Origin: the human T2T-CHM13v2.0 reference genome, Homo sapiens
Strand: one strand, 5' to 3'
DNA: 64,000 nucleotides
Assembly (NCBI RefSeq): GCF_009914755.1
Contig: NC_060933.1
Numbering within the stretch: position 1 is the first letter of the stretch; each line of letters opens with the position of its first letter. Both the position numbers and the translations under genes were made by a program. Positions 28,391 through 43,700 of this stretch are shown here, one piece after another. Under the pieces are notes generated by a model. It worked only from the letters and a program-made list of their open reading frames with translations, was not told the DNA's origin and searched no databases.

Positions 28391-28980
28391 TGCAATGGAA
28401 TGGAATGGATTGGAATTAACCCGAATAGAATGGAATGGAATGGAATGGAACGGAACGGAACGGAACGGAACGGAACGGAACGGAATGGAATGGAATGGAA
28501 TGGAATGGAATGGAATGGAATGGAATGGAATGATACGGAATAGAATGGAATGGAACGAAATGGAATGGAATGGAATGGAATGGAATGGAATGGAATGGAA
28601 TGGAATGGAATGGAATGAACCCGTGTGCAATGTAATGGAATGGAATGGAATGGAATGGAATGGGATGGAATCAACCCGAGTACAATGGAATGGAGAGGAA
28701 TGAAATGGAATGGAATGGAAACTACCCGAATAGAATGGAATGTAATGGAGTGTAAGGGAATTGAATACAATCAATCCGAATGGAATGGAATGGAATGGAA
28801 CGGAATGTAATGGAATGGAATGGAATGGAATCAACCCGATTGCAGGGGAATGGAATGGAAAGGAATGCAATGGAATGGAATCATCCGGAATGGAATGGAA
28901 TGGAATGCAATGGAATGGAATGGAATGGAATCAACCCGAGTGCAATGGAATGGAGTGAAATGGAATGGAATGGAATGGAA

Positions 28981-29040
28981 ACAATCAGAATGGATTGGAA
29001 TGGAATGGACACAATCAGAATGGATTGGAATATAATGGAG
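28981..29040 (+). repeat. 30 bp tandem duplication of ACAATCAGAATGGATTGGAAT
   Basis: ACAATCAGAATGGATTGGAA occurs at 28981 and again at 29011. Confidence 0.9.
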
Positions 29041-31159
29041 TGTAAGGGAATTGAATAGAATCAATCTGAATGTAAAGAAATGGAATGGAACGGAATGGAA
29101 TGCAATGGAATGGAATGAAATGCAATGGAATGGAATCAACCCGAGTGCAATCGAATGGAATCGAATGGAATGGAATGCAATGGGATGGATTCAACTTGAA
29201 TGGAATGGAAAGAATGGAATCAACTCCAGTGGAATGGCATGGATTGGAATGGAATGGAATGGAATCAACCCGAATACAGGGGAATGGAATGGAATGGAAT
29301 GCAATGGAATGGAATCATCCGTAATGGAATGGAAAGGAATGGAATGGAATGGAATGGAATGGAATGGAATGGAATGGAATCAACTTGATTGCAATCGAAT
29401 GGAATGGAATGGAATTAACACGAATAGAATGGAATGGAAAGGAATGGAACGGAACGGAATGGAATGGAATGGAATGGAATGGAACGGAACCGAATGGAAT
29501 GGAATGGAATGGAATGGAATGGAATCAACGCGAGTGCAGGGGAATGGAATGGAATGGAATGCAATGGAATGGAATCTTCCGGAATGGAATGGAATGGAAT
29601 GGAATGGAATGAAATGCAATGGATTCAACTCGATTGCAATGGAATGGAATAGAATGGAATGGAATGGAATGGAATGGAATGGAATTAACTCGAATAGAAT
29701 GGAATAGAATGGAATGGAACGGAAAGGAACGGAATGGAATGGAATAGAATGGAATGGAATGGAATGGAATGCAATGGAATGGAATCAACCCAAGTGCAAT
29801 GGAATGGAGAGGAATGGAATGCAATGGAATGGAAACTACCCGAATGGAATGGAATGTAATGGAGTGTAAGGGAATTGAATAGAATCAATCCGAATGTAAT
29901 GGAATGGAATGGAACGGAACGGAATGGAATGGAATGGAATGGAATGGAATGGAATGGAATGCAATGCAATGGAATGGAATCAAACCGAGTGCAATCGAAT
30001 GTAATCGAATGGAATGGAATGCAATGGAATGGATTCAACTTGAATGGAATGGAAAGAATGGAATCAACACGAGTGGAATGGCATGGATTGGAATGGAATG
30101 GAATGGAATCAACCCGAGTACAGGGGAATGGAATGGAATGGAATGCAATGGAATGGAATCATCCGTAATGGAATGGAAAGGAATGGAATGGAATGGAATG
30201 GAATGGAATGGAATGGAATAGAATCAACTCGATTGCAATCGAATGGAATGGAATGGAATGCAATGGAATGGAATCTTCCAGAATAGAATGGAATGGAATG
30301 GAATCAACGCGAGTGCAGAGGAATGGAATGGAATGGAATGCAATGGAATGGGATCTTCCGGAATGGAATGGAATGGAGTGGAATGGAATGAAATGCAATG
30401 GATTCAACTCGATTGCAATGGAATGGAATAGAATGGAATGGAATGGAATGGAATGGAATTAATCCGAATAGAATGGAATGGAATGGAATGGAACGGAATG
30501 GAACGGAATGGAATGGAATGGAATGGAATGGTATGGAATGGAATGCAATGGTATGGAATAGAATGGAATGGAACGAATTGAAATGGAATGGAATTGAATG
30601 GAATGGAATGGAATGGAATGGAATCAACGCGAGTGCAGGGGAATGTAATGGAACGGAATGCAATGGAATGGAATCATCCGGAATGGAATGGAATGGAATG
30701 GAATGGAATGGAATGGAATGGAATCAACCCGAGTGCCATGGAATGGAGTGGAATGGAATGGAATGGAATGGAATGGAACAACCCGAATGGAATGGAATGT
30801 AATGGAGAGTAAGGGAGTTGAATAGAATCAATCCGAATGTAATGGAATGGAACGGAATGGAATGGAATGGAATGGAATGGAATGGAATGGAATGCAATGG
30901 AATGGAATCAACCCGAGTACAATGGAACGGAATGGAATGGAATGTAATGGAATGGAATGGAATGGAATGGAATCAACCCGAGTGCAAAGGAATGGAGAGG
31001 AATGGAATGGAATGGAATGGAAACTACCCGAATTGAATTGAATGTAATGGAGTGTAAGGGAATTGAATAGAATCAATCCAAATGGAATGGAATGGAATGG
31101 AATGGAATGGAATGGAATGGAATGGAATGGAATGGAATCAACTCGATTGCAATCGAATG

Positions 31160-31790
31160 GAATGGAATGGAATTAACCCGAATAGAATGGAATGGAATGG
31201 AATGGAACGGAACGGAATGGAATGGAATGGAATGGAATGGAATGGAATGGAACGGAAAGGAAGGGAATGGAATGGAATAGAATGGAATGGAATGGAATCA
31301 ACGCGAGTGCAGGGGAATGGAATGGAATGGAATGCAATGGAATGGAATCTTCCGGAATGGAATGGAATGGAATGGAATGGAATGGAATGGAATGGAATGG
31401 AATAAACCCGAGTGCAATGGAATGGAGTGGAATGGAATGGAATGGAATGGAACAATCCGAATGGAATGGAATGGAACTAACCCGAATAGAATGGAATGGA
31501 ATGGAATGGAACGGAACGGAACGGAATGGAATGGATTGGAATGGAATGGAATGGAATGGAATGGAACGGAAAGGAATGGAATGGAATGGAATGGAATGGA
31601 ATGGAATGGAATGGAATCAACGCGAGTGCAGGGGAATGGAATGGAATGGAATGCAATGGAATGGAATCTTCCGGAATGGAATGGAATGGAATGGAATGGA
31701 ATGGAATGGAATGGAATGGAATAAACCCGAGTGCAATGGAATGGAGTGGAATGGAATGGAATGGAATGGAACAACCCGAATGGAATGGAA
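31160..31790 (+). repeat. ~319 bp tandem duplication; the same junction recurs at ~34600-35140
   Basis: TCTTCCGG at 31344/31663 and AATAAACCCG at 31401/31720. The junction AACAATCCGAATGGAATGGAATGGAACTAACCCG occurs at ~31451 and ~34878; HSEs at 34771/35090 are also 319 bp apart. Confidence 0.8.
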
Positions 31791-34700
31791 TGTAATGGAG
31801 AGTAAGGGAGTTGAATAGAATCAATCCGAATGTAATAGAATGGAATGGAAGGGAATGGAATTGAATGGAATGGAATGGAATGCAATGGAATGGAATCAAC
31901 CCGAGTGCAATGGAATGGAGAGGAATGGAATGGAATGGAAAGCAAACTACCCGAATAGAATGGAATGTAATGGAGTCTAAGGGAATTGAATAGAATCAAT
32001 CCGAATGTAATGGAATGGAATGGAACGGAATGGAATGGAATGGAATGGAATGGAATGGAATGGAATGGAATGCAATGGAATGGAATCAACCCGAGTGCAA
32101 TCGAATGGAATCGAATGGAATGGAATGCAAAGGAATGGATTCAACTTGAATGGAATGGAAAGAATGGAATCAACACGAGTGGAATGGCATGGATTGGAAT
32201 GGAATGGAATGGAATCAACCCGAGTACAGGGGAATGGAATGGAATGGAATGCAATGGAATGGAATCATCCGGAAGGGAATGGAAAGGAATGGAATGGAAT
32301 GGAATGGAATGGAATGGAATGGAATGGAATGGAATCAACTCGATTGCAATCGAATGGAATCGAATGGAATTAACCCAAATAGAATGGAATGGAATGGAAT
32401 GGAACGGAACGGAACGGAATGGAATGGAATGGAATGGAATGGAATGGAATCAACGCGAGTGCAGGGGAATGTAATGGAACGGAATGCAGTGGAATGGAAT
32501 CATCCGGAATGGAATGGAATGGAATGGAATGGAATGGAATGGAATCAACCCGAGTGCAATGGAATGGAGTGGAATGGAATGGAATGGAATGGAACAACCC
32601 GAATAGAATGGAATGGAATGGAATTGAACGGAACGGAATGGAATGGAATGGAATGGAATGGAATGGAATGGAACGGAACGGAATGGATGGAATAGAATGG
32701 AATGGAATGGAATGGAATCAACGCGAGTGCAGGGGAATGGAATGGAATGGAATGCAATGGAATGGAATCTTCCGGAATGGAATGGAATGGAATGGAATGG
32801 AATGAAATGCAATGGATTCAACTCGAATGCAATGGAATGCAACAGAATGGAATGGAATGGAATGGAATGGAATGGAATTAACCCGAATAGAATGGAATGG
32901 AATGGAATGGAATGGAATGGAATGGAATGATACGGAATAGAATGGAATGGAACGAAATGGAATGGAATGGAATGGAATGGAATGGAATGCAATGGAATGG
33001 AATGGAATGGAATCGTTCCGAGTGGAATAGGAGGGAATGTATTCGAGTGGAATGGAAAGGAATGGAATCAACCAGAGTGGAATGGAAGGGAATGGAATGG
33101 AATGGATACTAATAGAATGGAATCAACCCGAGTGGAATGGAATGGAAAGGACTGGAATGGAAAGGAATGGAATGGAATGGAATGAAATGGAATGGAATGG
33201 AATGGAATCAACGCGAGTGTAGGGGAATGGAATGGAATCGAATGGAATGGAATGGAATGGAATGGAATCAACCCGAGTGCAGGGGAATGTAATGGAACGG
33301 AATGCAATGGAATGGAATCATCCGGAATGGAATGGAATGGAATGGAATGGAATCAACCCAAGTGCAATTGAAAGGAGTGGAATGGAATGGAATGGAATGG
33401 AACAATCCTAATGGAATGGAATGTAATGGAGAGTAAGGGAATTAAAAAGAATCAATCCGAATGTAATGGAATGGAATGGAACGGAATGGAATTGAATGGA
33501 ATGGAATGGAATGCAATGGAATGGAATCAACCCGAGTACAATGGAATGGAATGGATTGGAATGGAACGGAATGGAATGGAATGGAATGGAATGGAATGGA
33601 ATGGAATGGAATGCAGTGGAATGGAATCAACCGGAGTACAATGGAATGGAATGGAATGGAATGGAATGGAATGGAATGGAATGGAATGGAATGGAATGAT
33701 ACGGAATAGAATGGAATGGAACGAAATGGAATGGAATGGAATGGAATGGAATGGAATGGAATGGAATGGAATGGAATGGAATGGAATCATTCCGAGTGGA
33801 ATAGGAGGGAATGTATTCGAGTGGAATGGAAAGGAATGGAATCAACCAGAGTGGAATGGAAGGGAATGGAATGGAATGGAAACTAATAGAATGGAATCAA
33901 CCCGAGTGGAATGGAATGGAAAGGACTGGAATGGAATGGAATGGAATGGAATCAACTCGATTGCAATGGAATGGAATGGAATGGAATGGAATGGAATGGA
34001 ATCAACCCGAGTGCAATGGAATGGAGTGGAATGGAATGGAATGGAATGGAACAACCCGAATGGAATGGAATGTAATGGAGAGTAAGGGAGTTGAATAGAA
34101 TCAATCCGAATGTAATGGAATGGAATGGAACGGAATGGAATTGAATGGAATGGAATGTAATGCAATGGAATGGAATCAACCCGAGTGCAATGGAATGGAG
34201 AGGAATGGAATGGAATGGAATGGAAACTACCCGAATGGAATGGAATGTAATGGAGTGTAAGGGAATTGAATAGAATCAATCCGAATGTAATGGAATGGAA
34301 TGCAACGGAATGGAATGGAATGGAATGGAATGGAATGGAATGGAATGCAATGGAATGGAATCAACCCGAGTGCAATCGAATGGAATCGAATGGAATGGAA
34401 TGCAATGGAATGGATTCAACTTGAATGGAATGGAAAGAATGGAATCAACACGAGTGGAATGGCATGGCTTGGAATGGAATGGAATGGAATCAACCCGAGT
34501 ACAGGGGAATGGAATGGAATGGAATGCAATGGAATGGAATCATCCGTAATGGAATGGAAAGGAATGGAATGGAATGGAATGGAATGGAATGGAATGGAAT
34601 TAACCCGAATAGAATGGAATGGAATGGAATGGATCGGAACGGAATGGAATGGAATGGAATGGAATGGAATGGAATGGAAAGGAAAGGAAGGGAATGGAAT

Positions 34701-37700
34701 GGAAAAGAATGGAATGGAATGGAAACAACGCGAGTGCAGGGGAATGGAATGGAATAGAATGCAATGGAATGGAATCTTCCGGAATGGAATGGAATGGAAT
34801 GGAATGGAATGGAATGGAATGGAATGGAATAAACCCGAGTGAAATGGAATGGAGTGGAATGGAATGGAATGGAATGGAACAATCCGAATGGAATGGAATG
34901 GAACTAACCCGAATAGAATGGAATGGAATGGAATGGAACGGAACGGAACGGAATGGAATGGATTGGAATGGAATGGAATGGAATGGAATGGATCGGAAAG
35001 GAATGCAATGGAATGGAATGGAATGGAATGGAATGGAATGGAAACAACGCGAGTGCAGGGGAATGGAATGGAATGGAATGCAATGGAATGGAATCTTCCG
35101 GAATGGAATGGAATGGAATGGAATGGAATGGAATGGAATGGAATTAACCCGAATACAATGGAATGGAATGGAATGGAATGGAATGGAATGGAATTAACCC
35201 GAACACAATGCAATGGAATGGAATGGAACAGAATGGAGTGGAATGGAATGGAATCAACCCGAGTGCAGAGGGAATGGAATGGAATGGAATGCAATGGAAT
35301 GGAATCATCCGGAATGGAATGGAATAGAATGGAATGCAAAGCAATGGAATCAACTCGATTGCAATGGAATGGAATGGAATGGAAAGGAATACATTGGAAT
35401 CAACCCGAGTGGAATGGAATAGAAAGGACTGGAATGGAATGGAATGGAATGGAACGGAATGGAATGGAATCAACTCGATTGGAATGGAATGGAATGGAAT
35501 GGAATGGAATGGAATGGAATGGAATTAACCCGAATAGAATGGAATGGAATGGAATGGAACGGAACGGAACGGAACGGAATGGAATGGAATGGAAACAACC
35601 CGACTGCAGGGGAATGGAATGGAATGGAATGCAATGGAATGGATTCAACTTGAATGGAATGGAAACAATGGAATCAACACGAGTGGAATGGCATGGATTG
35701 GAATGGAATGGAATGGAATCAACCCGAGTACAGGGGAATGGAATGGAATGGAATGCAATGGAATGGAATCATCCGTAATGGAAGGGAAAGGAAAGGAATG
35801 GAATGGAATGGAATGGAATGGAATGGAATGGAATCAAATCGATTGCAACCGAATGGAATGGAATGGAATTAACCCGAATAGAATGGAATGGAATGGAATG
35901 GAACGGAACGGAACGGAATGGAATGGATTGGAATGGAATGGAATGGAACGGAAAGGAATGGAATGGAAAGGAATGGAATGGAATGGAATGGAATGGAATG
36001 GAATCAACGCGAGTGCAGGGGAATGGAATGGAATGGAATGCAATGGAATGGAATCTTCCGGAATGGAATGGAATGGAATGGAATAAACCCGAGTGCAATG
36101 GAATGGAGTGGAATGGAATGGAATGGAATGGAACAACCCGAATGGAATGGAATGTAATGGAGAGTAAGGGAGTTGAATAGAGTCAATCCGAATGTAATGG
36201 TATGGAATGGAACGGAATGGAATTGAATGGAATGGAATGGAATGCAATGGAATGGAATCAACCCGAGTTCAATGGAATGGAGAGGAATGGAATGGAATGG
36301 AATGGAAACTACCCGAATGAAATGGAATGTAATGGAGTGTAAGGGAATTGAATAGAATCAATCCGAATGTAATGGAATGGAATGGAACGGAATGGAATGA
36401 AATGGAATGGAATGGAATGGAATGGAATGGAATGGAATGGAATGCAATGGAATGGAATCAACCCGAGTGCAATCGAATGGAATCGAATGGAAAGGAATGC
36501 AATGGAATGGATTCAACTTGAATGGAATGGAAAGAATGGAATCAACACGAGTGGAATGGCATGGATTGGAATGGAATGGAATGGAATCAACCCGAGTACA
36601 GGGGAATGGAATGGAATGGAATGCAATGGAATTGAATGGAATGCAATGGAATGGAATCATCCGTAATGGAATGGAAAGGAATGGAATGGAATGGAATGGA
36701 ATGGAATCAACTCGATTGCAATCGAATGGAATGGAATGGAATTAACCCGAATAGAATGGAATGGAATGGAATGGAACGGAACGGAACGGAACGCAGTGGA
36801 ATGGAATGGAATGGAATTGTATGGAATGGAATGGCATGGTACGGAATAGAATGGAATGGAAAGAATTGGAATGGAATGGAATCGAATGGAATGGAAAGGA
36901 ATGGAATGGAATCAACCCGAGTACAGGGGAATGTAATGGAACGGAATGCAATGGAATGGAATCATCCGGAATGGAATGGAATGGAATGGAATGGAGTCAA
37001 CCCGAGTGCAATGGAATGGAGTGGAATGGAATGGAATGGAATGGAACAACCCGAATGGAATGGAATGTAATGGAGAGTAAGGGAGTTGAAAAGAATCAAT
37101 CCGAACGTAATGGAATGGAATGGAACGGAATGGAATGGAATGGAATGGAATGGAATGGAATGGAATGCAATGGAATGGAATCAACCCGAGTACAATGGAA
37201 TGGAATGGAATGGAATGGAATGGAATGGAATGGAATGCAATGGAATGGAATCTTCCGGAATGGAATGGAATGGAATGGAATGGAATGGAATGGAATGGTT
37301 TCAGCTCGATTGCAATGGAATGAAATAGAATGGAATGGAATGGAATGGAATGGAATGGAATGGAATGGAATGGAATGGAATTAAACCGAATAGAATGGAA
37401 TGGAATGGAATGGAACGGAACAGAACGGAACGGAAAGGAAAGGAGTGGAATGGAATGGAATGGAATTGTATGGAATGGAATGGAATGGTACGGAATAGAA
37501 TGGAATGGAAAGAATTGGAATGGAATGGAATCGAATGGAATGGAATGGAATGGAATGGAATGGAATGGAATGGAATGCAATGGAATGGAATCAACCCGAG
37601 TACAATGGAACGGAATGGAATGGAATGTAATGTAATAGAATGGAATGGAGTGGAATGGAATGGAATCAAACCGAGTGCAATGGAATGGAGAGGAATGGAA

Positions 37701-40700
37701 TGGAATGGAATGGAAACTACCCGAATGGAATGGAATGTAATGGAGTGTAAGGGAATTGAATAGAATCAATCCGAATGGAATGGAATGGAATGGAACGGAA
37801 TGTAATGTAATGGAATGGAATGGAATCAACCCGAGTGCAGGGGAATGGAATGGAATGGAATGCAATGGAATGGAATCATCCGGAATGGAATGGAATGGAA
37901 TGAAATGGAATGGAATGGAATGCAATGGAATGGAATGGAATGGAAACAACCCGAGTGCAATGGAATGGAGTGAAATGGAATGGAATGGAATGGAGACAAC
38001 CAGAATGGATTGGAATATAATGGAGTGTAAGGGAATTGAATAGAATAAATCTCAATGTAATGAAATGGAATGGAACGGAATGGAATGGAATGGAATGGAA
38101 TGGAATGGAATGGAATGGAATGCAATGCAATGGAATCAACCCGAGTGCAATCGAATGGAATCGAATGGAGTGGAATGCAATGGAATGGATTCAACTTGAA
38201 TGGAATGGAAAGAATGGAATCAACACGAGTGGAATGGCATGGATTGGAATGGAATGGAATGGAATCAACCCGAGTATAGGGGAATGGAATGGAATGGAAT
38301 GCAATGGAATGGAATCATCCGTACTGGAATGGAAAGGAATGCAATGGAATGGAATGGAATGATACGGAATAGAATGGAATGGAACGAAATGGAATGGAAT
38401 GGAATGGAATGGAATGGAATGGAATGGAATGGAATGGAATGGAATCGTTCCTAGTGGAATAGGAGGGAATGTATTCGTGTGGAATGGAAAGGAATGGAAT
38501 CAACCAGAGTGGAATGGAAGCGAATGGAATGGAAAGGAAACTAATAGAATGGAGTCAACCCGAGAGGAATGGAATGGAAAGGACTGCAATGGAATGGAAT
38601 GGAATGGAATCAACTCGATTGTAATGGAATGGAATGGAATGGAATGGAATGGAATTAACCCGAATACAATGGAATGGAATGGAATGGAACGGAATGGAGT
38701 GGAAAGAATGGAATCAACCCGAGTGCAGGGGAATGGAATGGAATGCAATGCCATGGAATGGAATCATCCGGAATGGAATGGAATGGAATGGAATGCAAAG
38801 CAATGGAATCAACTCGATTGCAATGGAATGGAATGGAAAGGAATACATTGGAATCAACCCGAGTGGAATGGAATGGAAAGGACTGGAATGGAGTGGAATG
38901 GAATGGAATGGAATGGAATGGAATCAACTCGATTGGAATGGAATGGAATGGAAAGGAATGGAATGGAATTAACCCGAATAGAATGGAATGGAATGGAATG
39001 GAACGGAACGGAATGGAATGGAATGGAATGGAATGGAATGGAAACAACCCGACTGCAGGGGAATGGAATGGAATGGAATGCAATGGAATGGATTCAACTT
39101 GAATGGAATGGAAAGAATGGAATCACCACGAGTGGAACGGCATGGATTGGAATGGAATGGAATGGAATCAACCCGAGTACAGGGGAATGGAAGGGAATGG
39201 AATGCAATGGATTGGAATCATCCGTAATGGAATGGAAAGGAATGGAAAGGAATGGAATGGAATGGCATGGAATGGAATGGAATGGAATCAACTCGATAGC
39301 AATCGAATGGAATGGAATGGAATTAACCCGAATAGAATGGAATGGAATGGAATGGAACGGAACGGAACGGAATGGAATGGATTGGAATGGAATGGAATGG
39401 AATGGAACGGAAAGGAATGGAATGGAATGGAATGGAATGGAATGGAATGGAATCAACGCGAGTGCAGGGGAATGGAATGGAATGGAATGCAATGGAATGG
39501 AATCTTCCGGAATGGAATGGAATGGAATGGAATGGAATGGAATGGAATGGAATGGAATAAACCCGAGTGCAATGGAATGGAGTGGAATGGAATGGAATGG
39601 AATGGAACAACCCGAATGGAATGGAATGTAATGGAGAGTAAGGGAGTTGAATAGAATCAATCCGAATGTAATGGAATGGAATGGAACGGAATGGAATTGA
39701 ATGGATTGGAATGGAATGCAATGTAATGGAATCAACCCGAGTTCAATGGAATGGAGAGGAATGAAATGGAATGGAATGGAAACTACCCGAATGCAATGGA
39801 ATATAATGGATTGTAAGGGAATTGAATAGAATCAATCCGAATGTAATGGAATGGAATGGAACGGAACGGAATGGAATGGAATGGAATGGAATGGAATGCA
39901 ATGGAATGGATTCAACTTGAATGGAATGGAAAGAATGGAATCAACACGTGTGGAATGGCATGGATTGGAATGGAATTGAATGGAATCAACCCGAGTACAG
40001 GGGAATGGAATGGAATGGAATGCAATGGAATGGAATCATCCGTAATGGAATGGAATGGAAAGGAATGCAATGGAATGGAATAGAGTGGAATGGAATCAAC
40101 TCGATTGCAATCGAATGGAATGGAATGGAATTAACCCGAATAGAATGGAATGCAATGGAATGGAACGGAACGGAATGGAATGGAATGGAATGGAATGGAA
40201 TGGAATGGAACGGAAAGGAAGGGAATGGAATGGAATAGAATGGAATGGAATGGAATCAACGCGAGTGCAGGGGAATGGAATGGAATGGAATGCAATGGAA
40301 TGGAATCTTCCGGAATGGAATGGAATGGAATGGAATGGAATGGAATGGAATCAAACCGAGCACAATGGAATGGAGGGGAATGGAATGGAATGGAATGGAA
40401 CAACCCGAATGGAATGGAATGTAATGGAGAGTAAGGGAGTTGAATAGAATCAATCCGAATGTAATGGAATGGAACGGAATGGAATGGAATGGAATGGAAT
40501 GGAATGGAATGCAATGGAATGGAATCAACCCGAGTACAATGGAACGGAATGGAATGGAATGTAATGTAATCGAATGGAATGGAATGGAATGGAATGGAAT
40601 CAACCCGAGTGCAATGGAATGGAGACGAATGGAATGGAATGGAATGGAAACTACCCGAATGGAATGGAATGTAATGGAGTGTAAGGGAATTGAATAGAAT

Positions 40701-43700
40701 CAATCCGAATGGAATGGAATGGAATGGAACGGAATGTAATGTAATGGAATGGAATGGAATCAACCCGAGTGCAGGGGAATGGAATGGAATGGAATGCAAT
40801 GGAATGGAATCATCCGGAATGGAATGGAATGGAATGCAATGGAATGGAATGGAATGGAATCAACCGAGTGCAATGGAATGGAGTGAAATGGAATGGAATG
40901 GAATGGAGACAACAAGAATAGATTGGAATATAATGGAGTGTAAGGGAATTGAATAGAATCAATCTGAATGTAATGAAATGGAATGGAATGGAATGGAATG
41001 GAATGGAATGCAATGGAATGGAATCAACCCGAGTATAGGGGAATGGAATGGAATGGAATGCAATGGAATGGAATCATCCGTAATGGAATGGAAAGGAATG
41101 GAATGGAATGGAATGGAATGGAATGGAATGGAATGGAATGATACGGAATAGAATGGAATGGAATGGAATGGAATGGAATGGAATGGAATGGAATGGAATG
41201 GAATGGAATCATTCCGAGTGGAATAGGATGGAATGTATTCGAGTGGAATGGAAAGGAGTGGAATCAACCAGAGTGGAATGGAAGGGAATGGAATGGAATG
41301 GAAACTAATAGAATGGAATCAACCCGAGAGGAATGGAATGGAAAGGACTGGAATGGAATGGAATGGAATGGAATCAACTCGATTGTAATGGAATGGAATG
41401 GAATGGAATGGAATGGAATGGAATCAACTCGATTGCAATCGAATGGAATGGAATGGAATTAACCCGAATAGAATGGAATGGAATGGAATGGAACGGAACG
41501 GAATGGAATGGAATGGAATTGAATGGAATGGAACGGAAAGGAAGGGAATGGAATGGAATAGAATGGAATGGAATGGAATCAACGCGAGTGCAGGGGAATT
41601 GAATGGAATGGAATGCAATGGAATGGAATCTTCCGGAATGGAATGGAATGGAATGGAATGGAATGGAATGGAATGGAATGCAATGGAATGGAATCAACCC
41701 GAGTACAATGGAATGGAATGGAATGGAATGGAATGGAATGGAATGGAATGATACGGAATAGAATGGAATGGAACGAAATGGAATGGAATGGAATGGAAAG
41801 GAATGGAATGGAATGGAATGGAATCGTTCCGAGTGGAATAGGAGGGAATGTATTCGAGTGGAATGGAAAGGAATGGAATCAACCAGACTGGAATGGAAGG
41901 GAATGGAATGGAATGGAAACTAATAGAATGGAATCAACCCGAGAGGAATGGAATGGAAAGGACTGGAATGGAATGGAATGGAATGGAATCAACTCGTTTG
42001 TAATGGAATGGAATGGAATGGAATGGAATGGAATGGAATTAACCCGAATACAATGCAATGGAATGGAATGGAACGGAATGGAGTGGAATGGAATGGAATC
42101 AACCCGAGTGCAGGGGAATGGAATGGAATGGAATGTAATGCAATGGATTCAAATCGATTGCAATGGAATGGAATAGAATGGAATGGAATGGAATGGAATG
42201 GAATTAAACCGAATAGAATGGAATGGAATGGAATGGAACGCAACAGAACGGAACGGAACGGAACGGAGTGGAATGGAATGGAATGGAATTGTATGGAATG
42301 GAATGGAATGGTACGGAATAGAATGGAATGGAAAGAATTGGAATGGAATGGAATAGAATGGAATGGAATGGAATGGAATGGAATGAACCCGAGTGCAGGG
42401 GAATGTAATGGAACGGAATGCAATGGAATGGAATCATCCGGAATGGAATGGAATGGAATGGAATGGAATGGAATCAACCCGAGCGCAATGGAATGGAGTG
42501 GAATGGAATGGAATGGAATGGAACAACCCGAATGGAATGGAATGTAATGGAGAGTAAGGGAGTTGAATAGAATCAATCCGAATGTAATGGAATGGAATGG
42601 AATGGAACGGAATGGAATGGAATGGAATGGAATGGAATGCAATGGAATGGAATCAACCCGAGTACAATGGAATGGAAAGTAATGTAATGTAATGGAATGG
42701 AATGGAATGGAATGGAATGGAATGGAATGGAATGGAATCAACTTGAGTACAATCGAATGGAGAGGAATGGAATGGAATGGAATGGAAACTACCCGAATGG
42801 AATGGAATGTAATGGAGTGTAAGGGAATTGAATAGAATCAATCCGAATGGAATGGAATGGAATGGAACGGAATGTAATGGAATGGAATGGAATGGAATCA
42901 ACCCGAGTGCAGGTGAATGGAATGGAATGGAATGCAATGGAATGGAATCATCCGGAATGTAATGTAATGTAATGGAATGGAATGGAATGGAATGGAATCA
43001 ACCCGAGTGCAATGGAATGGAGTGAAATGGAATGGAATGGAATGCAGACAACCAGAATGGATTGGAATATAATGGAGTGTAAGGGAATTGAATAGAATCA
43101 ATCTGAATGTAATGAAATGGAATGGAACGGAATGGAATGGAATGGAATGGAATGGAATGGAATGCAATGGAATGGAATCAACCCGAGTGCAATCGAATGG
43201 AATCGAATGGAATGGAATGCAATGGAATGGAATGGAATGGAATCAACCCGAGTATAGGGGAAAGGAATGGTATGGAATGCAATGGAATGGAATCATCCGT
43301 AATGGAATGGAAAGGAATGGAATGGAATGGAATGGAATGGAATGGAATCAAGTCGATTGCAATCAAATGGAATGGAATGGAATTAACCCGAATAGAATGG
43401 AATGGAATGGAATGGAACGGAACGGAATGGAATGGAATGGAATGGAATGGAACGGAAAGGAAGGGAATGGAATGGAATAGAATGGAATGGAATGGAATCA
43501 ACGGGAGTGCAGGGGAATGGAATGGAATGGAATGCAATGGAATGGAATCTTCCGGAATGGAATGGACTGGAATGGAATGGAATGGAATGGAATCAACCCG
43601 AGTGCAATGGAATGGAGTGGAATGGAATGGAATGGAATGGAACAACCCGAATGGAATGGAATGGAATGGAGAGTAAGGGAGTTGAATAGAATCAATCCGA

